Assembly (NCBI GenBank): GCA_017441705.1
Contig: JAFRWU010000039.1
Span: forward strand, 182 to 64,181
Length of the DNA stretch: 64,000 nucleotides
Direction of reading: 5' to 3'
From: Clostridia bacterium
GTDB lineage: Bacteria > Bacillota > Clostridia > Oscillospirales > QAMX01
Within the stretch, counting starts at the first letter, position 1, and every line of letters starts with the position of its first letter. The position numbers and the translations under genes are program-made. The notes under the pieces were generated by a model. The model was not told where the DNA came from, ran no database searches, and was given only the letters and a program-made list of their open reading frames with translations. This document shows, piece by piece, positions 61,605 through 64,000 of the stretch.

Positions 61605-63629
61605 TCATTTTTTTTCGAGGAAAAGGAGCTTGCTGGTCCGGGGAGCGGAGAAGGAGAAGGAAATCTCCTCGCCGCCCCGGCGAAGGACGGTCTCTCCCGT
61701 GTCCGCGTCCCGCAGGGTATAGCTTTCGCCCGCAGGGATATAGGGAGGGGTGAAGCGGAAGACTTCTTCGTCGCACCGCTCCTGACGGAAGAGGAAGAGC
61801 ACGGCGCGTTTTCCGTCCCCGATCACGTAGCTGTAAGCCACAAAGCCGGACAGGTCCGCCGGCGCGCGCCAGGGCGTGTGCACGTAGAAATCGCCGAGGA
61901 GATACTCTCTGATCGATTTCCATTCTTCGAATCCCGCCCGGAGCACGTCGAAATCGATGGTCTCGTCGTGCAGATACTGGACCGACATGTTGAGAATCGG
62001 CAGGTAGCTCGCCCGCCAGACGTATTGATCGGTCCGTCCTTTCATATCCACCTGCCCGGCCTGTTCCCGCGTATTGGCGCCGCAGAAGGGGATCCACCGG
62101 TTGAAGGAGGTGGTCATCGAAAGGCGCATCCCGGTGGTGGTGCGGTCGAAATCGCTCCGAAGGAGCGGAACGCCCCGGCGCATGGACTCCAGATCGTTGC
62201 GTCCGCCGCCGCTGGCGCAGCTGTCGCAGAAGGAACAGCCGCCGTAGCTTTCGGTACACCGGAGGATTTCGTCCCACATGGCGTAATGCGCCGTGATCAG
62301 CTTCATTTCGGTGATGCCCTCGCGGTTCTCGCCCTCCTCGGCGTCCATGCCGCGCCACTGGGCGCCGGCGTCGATATTGTTGTCCTCCCGGTACATCTCC
62401 ACCCGGTTTTCCCGGAGAGTTTTTTTGATCCGGTCCACCGTCCACCGGTAGCAGGCGGGATCGCCGATGTTGTTGGCGTAGCGGTGGCGGCCGCCGGGAT
62501 CCTTCTGGATCTTGGCCCAGCCCGGGTCGTACCCGTGATTTTTCACGAGAGCGTCCACCATGGAGACCCGTTCCGGCTCGAACCACATGAGGGTCTTCAT
62601 CCCGTTGGCACGGGCATAGTCGGTCGACTGGCGGAAGGAATCGCCCGGCCATTTCTTCGGATCCAGCTCCCAGGTCCCGACGGTGGCGTACCAATCCTTT
62701 TCCCAGGAGGAGCCGTCCGGAGAGGTCCCGTCCGGCGCGGCGTACCATCCGGCGTCGAACCAGCGGAAATCGGCCTTCAGTCCCTCCGCGATCATCTTGT
62801 CCATGGAGGGCTTCCAGGAATCGTACGCTTCCGAAATGCTGCCGTCGGTGTTGTGCCGCCCGGTGTCGTAGGCGAGAAAGGCCGTGGAGAAGGGGCGGAG
62901 CGGATCGCCTGCGGCGTTTGCTTTCGGCATGTTGCAGCGAATGAACCAGCGCCGCCACAGATTGGCCGCGGCGTTTCCCTCTCTTTCGGGGTAGGGGAAG
63001 AGGAGCGAAAGGGCGCTCCGGATCGTTTCGCCGGGCTTGAGGAAGGTGTGGAGCCTTGCGGGGGTTTCGGCCTCGTATACGGTTTTTTGACCGTCGAACG
63101 TGAAATCCGCCCGCCAGGAACCCGCCCAGCCGATGGCCAGCATGGCGCCGCCCCTGCCGGCCTTCAGGTCGAAATAGGGGAAGGTCACGTGCGTCGCCCG
63201 GCCGCTGTCGTTGTAAAAATGGAGCGGCGCGCGCGTGAGGTCGTGGGTATAGGGCCGGTAGAAATTGTCGTGGTCGCCCATGATGCCATCCACCATCGGG
63301 AGCGCGCCTTCGAATTCCAGCCGGGTGCAGAGGCTTTCAAAGACGCCGCTGTCGGTCCCGGACCGGTTTTCAAAGAAAACGGTCCATTCGGTGGCGCCGA
63401 AGCCGGTCCAGAAGCCGAGCTTCAGGGTGACCCGCACGATCCCGTCCAGATCGAAATCGAAATACTTCGTCCGCCGCCCGTCGGCGGCTTCCTCCCGCGT
63501 TTCCAGAAGGGGCAGCCCGCCGAAGCCCCGGTATTTCTTCCCTTCGTAAACGAAGGAAAAGGGAAAGGATCCCAGATTGTTTTCCGCGTTATCGAAAGCG
63601 TCCGCGGCACGTCTGACGTATTCTTCCAT
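61605..63629 (-). CDS. GH36-family alpha-galactosidase-like glycoside hydrolase
   Basis: 674 aa: …FRWFDAGWY…MWFEPERV…YREDNN…CASGGGRNDLE…. Confidence 0.75.
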   Translation of the reverse strand: MEEYVRRAADAFDNAENNLGSFPFSFVYEGKKYRGFGGLPLLETREEAADGRRTKYFDFDLDGIVRVTLKLGFWTGFGATEWTVFFENRSGTDSGVFESLCTRLEFEGALPMVDGIMGDHDNFYRPYTHDLTRAPLHFYNDSGRATHVTFPYFDLKAGRGGAMLAIGWAGSWRADFTFDGQKTVYEAETPARLHTFLKPGETIRSALSLLFPYPEREGNAAANLWRRWFIRCNMPKANAAGDPLRPFSTAFLAYDTGRHNTDGSISEAYDSWKPSMDKMIAEGLKADFRWFDAGWYAAPDGTSPDGSSWEKDWYATVGTWELDPKKWPGDSFRQSTDYARANGMKTLMWFEPERVSMVDALVKNHGYDPGWAKIQKDPGGRHRYANNIGDPACYRWTVDRIKKTLRENRVEMYREDNNIDAGAQWRGMDAEEGENREGITEMKLITAHYAMWDEILRCTESYGGCSFCDSCASGGGRNDLESMRRGVPLLRSDFDRTTTGMRLSMTTSFNRWIPFCGANTREQAGQVDMKGRTDQYVWRASYLPILNMSVQYLHDETIDFDVLRAGFEEWKSIREYLLGDFYVHTPWRAPADLSGFVAYSYVIGDGKRAVLFLFRQERCDEEVFRFTPPYIPAGESYTLRDADTGETVLRRGGEEISFSFSAPRTSKLLFLEKK

Positions 63630-63709
63630 GATCGTCGCCTCCCGCCTGTGATTATAGGGAGCCCGGTGCCTTTTGTCAAGGCTGCGGCGCCGGAAGAGCC
63701 TCCGCGGGC

Positions 63710-64000
63710 TCAGATCTCCGGGGATTTCGTCATGGCGCGGCCGTCCGCGCTTTGAAATCCGAACTTCTCATAAAACCCGTGCGCATCCCGGGTCAGAAGC
63801 AGACCGCGCAGTCCTTTGTATTCCGGAAGAGCCAGGATATGAGAAAGCAGCGCTTTTCCCAGTCCCTGACGCTGATACGCGGGATCGACGATCACGTCGC
63901 ACAGATAAAAGGTGGTGGCGTGATCGCTGATCACCCGGGCGAAGCCGACCAGCTTTTTCCCGCCGTCGACGGCGACGCCGTAGCAGGAGGAATGGCGCAT
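63710..64000 (-). CDS. GNAT-family N-acetyltransferase, 3' fragment (5' end beyond window)
   Basis: Acetyl-CoA-binding motif …VIVDPAYQRQGLGKALLSHIL…FYEKFGF. Confidence 0.8.
   Translation of the reverse strand: MRHSSCYGVAVDGGKKLVGFARVISDHATTFYLCDVIVDPAYQRQGLGKALLSHILALPEYKGLRGLLLTRDAHGFYEKFGFQSADGRAMTKSPEI

Overview
This is a high-GC chromosomal window; hand-counted lines run about 58-65% G+C. Gene content looks like a spore-forming Clostridia/Oscillospiraceae-type Firmicute: a GerA-family germination protein, a Prp-processed L27, a long-form HPF, a HydABC-type [FeFe] hydrogenase and many glycoside hydrolases. That taxonomic call is inference only.

Layout:
- 1-4596: the right end of an integrative element. 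It carries two tandem paralogous tyrosine recombinases and an AT-rich cargo gene, and it abuts the 3' end of tRNA-Pro(UGG).
- 4.9-24.4 kb: housekeeping genes (glyQS, pth-mfd, Nudix, a PflX-like radical SAM, a Kv-like K+ channel, obg, the rplU-prp-rpmA operon, iorAB, a DUF3810 protein, a GerA-family protein).
- 24.7-32.9 kb: a hydrogenase operon in which a six-gene putative sensing/regulatory module is inserted between hydC and the ferredoxin/hydB/hydA genes.
- 32.9-34.3 kb: a 1.3-kb AT-rich three-gene cassette flanked by a perfect 38-bp direct repeat.
- 34.9-64 kb: CE7 esterase, acyl-CoA ligase, an orphan glycyl-radical enzyme, an ABC exporter pair, hpf, a MATE pump, an isomerase-kinase-aldolase set and GH51/GH31/GH92/GH36 enzymes.

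The best candidate for a novel system is 3269-4441. It is an orphan TIR-like (CAP12/PycTIR-type) effector domain fused to an unrecognised N-terminal region of about 250 aa. It has its own consensus promoter and terminator and sits between the integrases and the tRNA.

The second theme is a modular palindromic repeat family with three copies, each between convergent genes. One copy has perfect 15-bp terminal inverted repeats, and one internal hairpin shows compensatory changes between copies.

Many long ORFs in the supplied track are antisense mirror ORFs typical of GC-rich DNA and were rejected. All family assignments come from reading motifs by eye; no searches were run.
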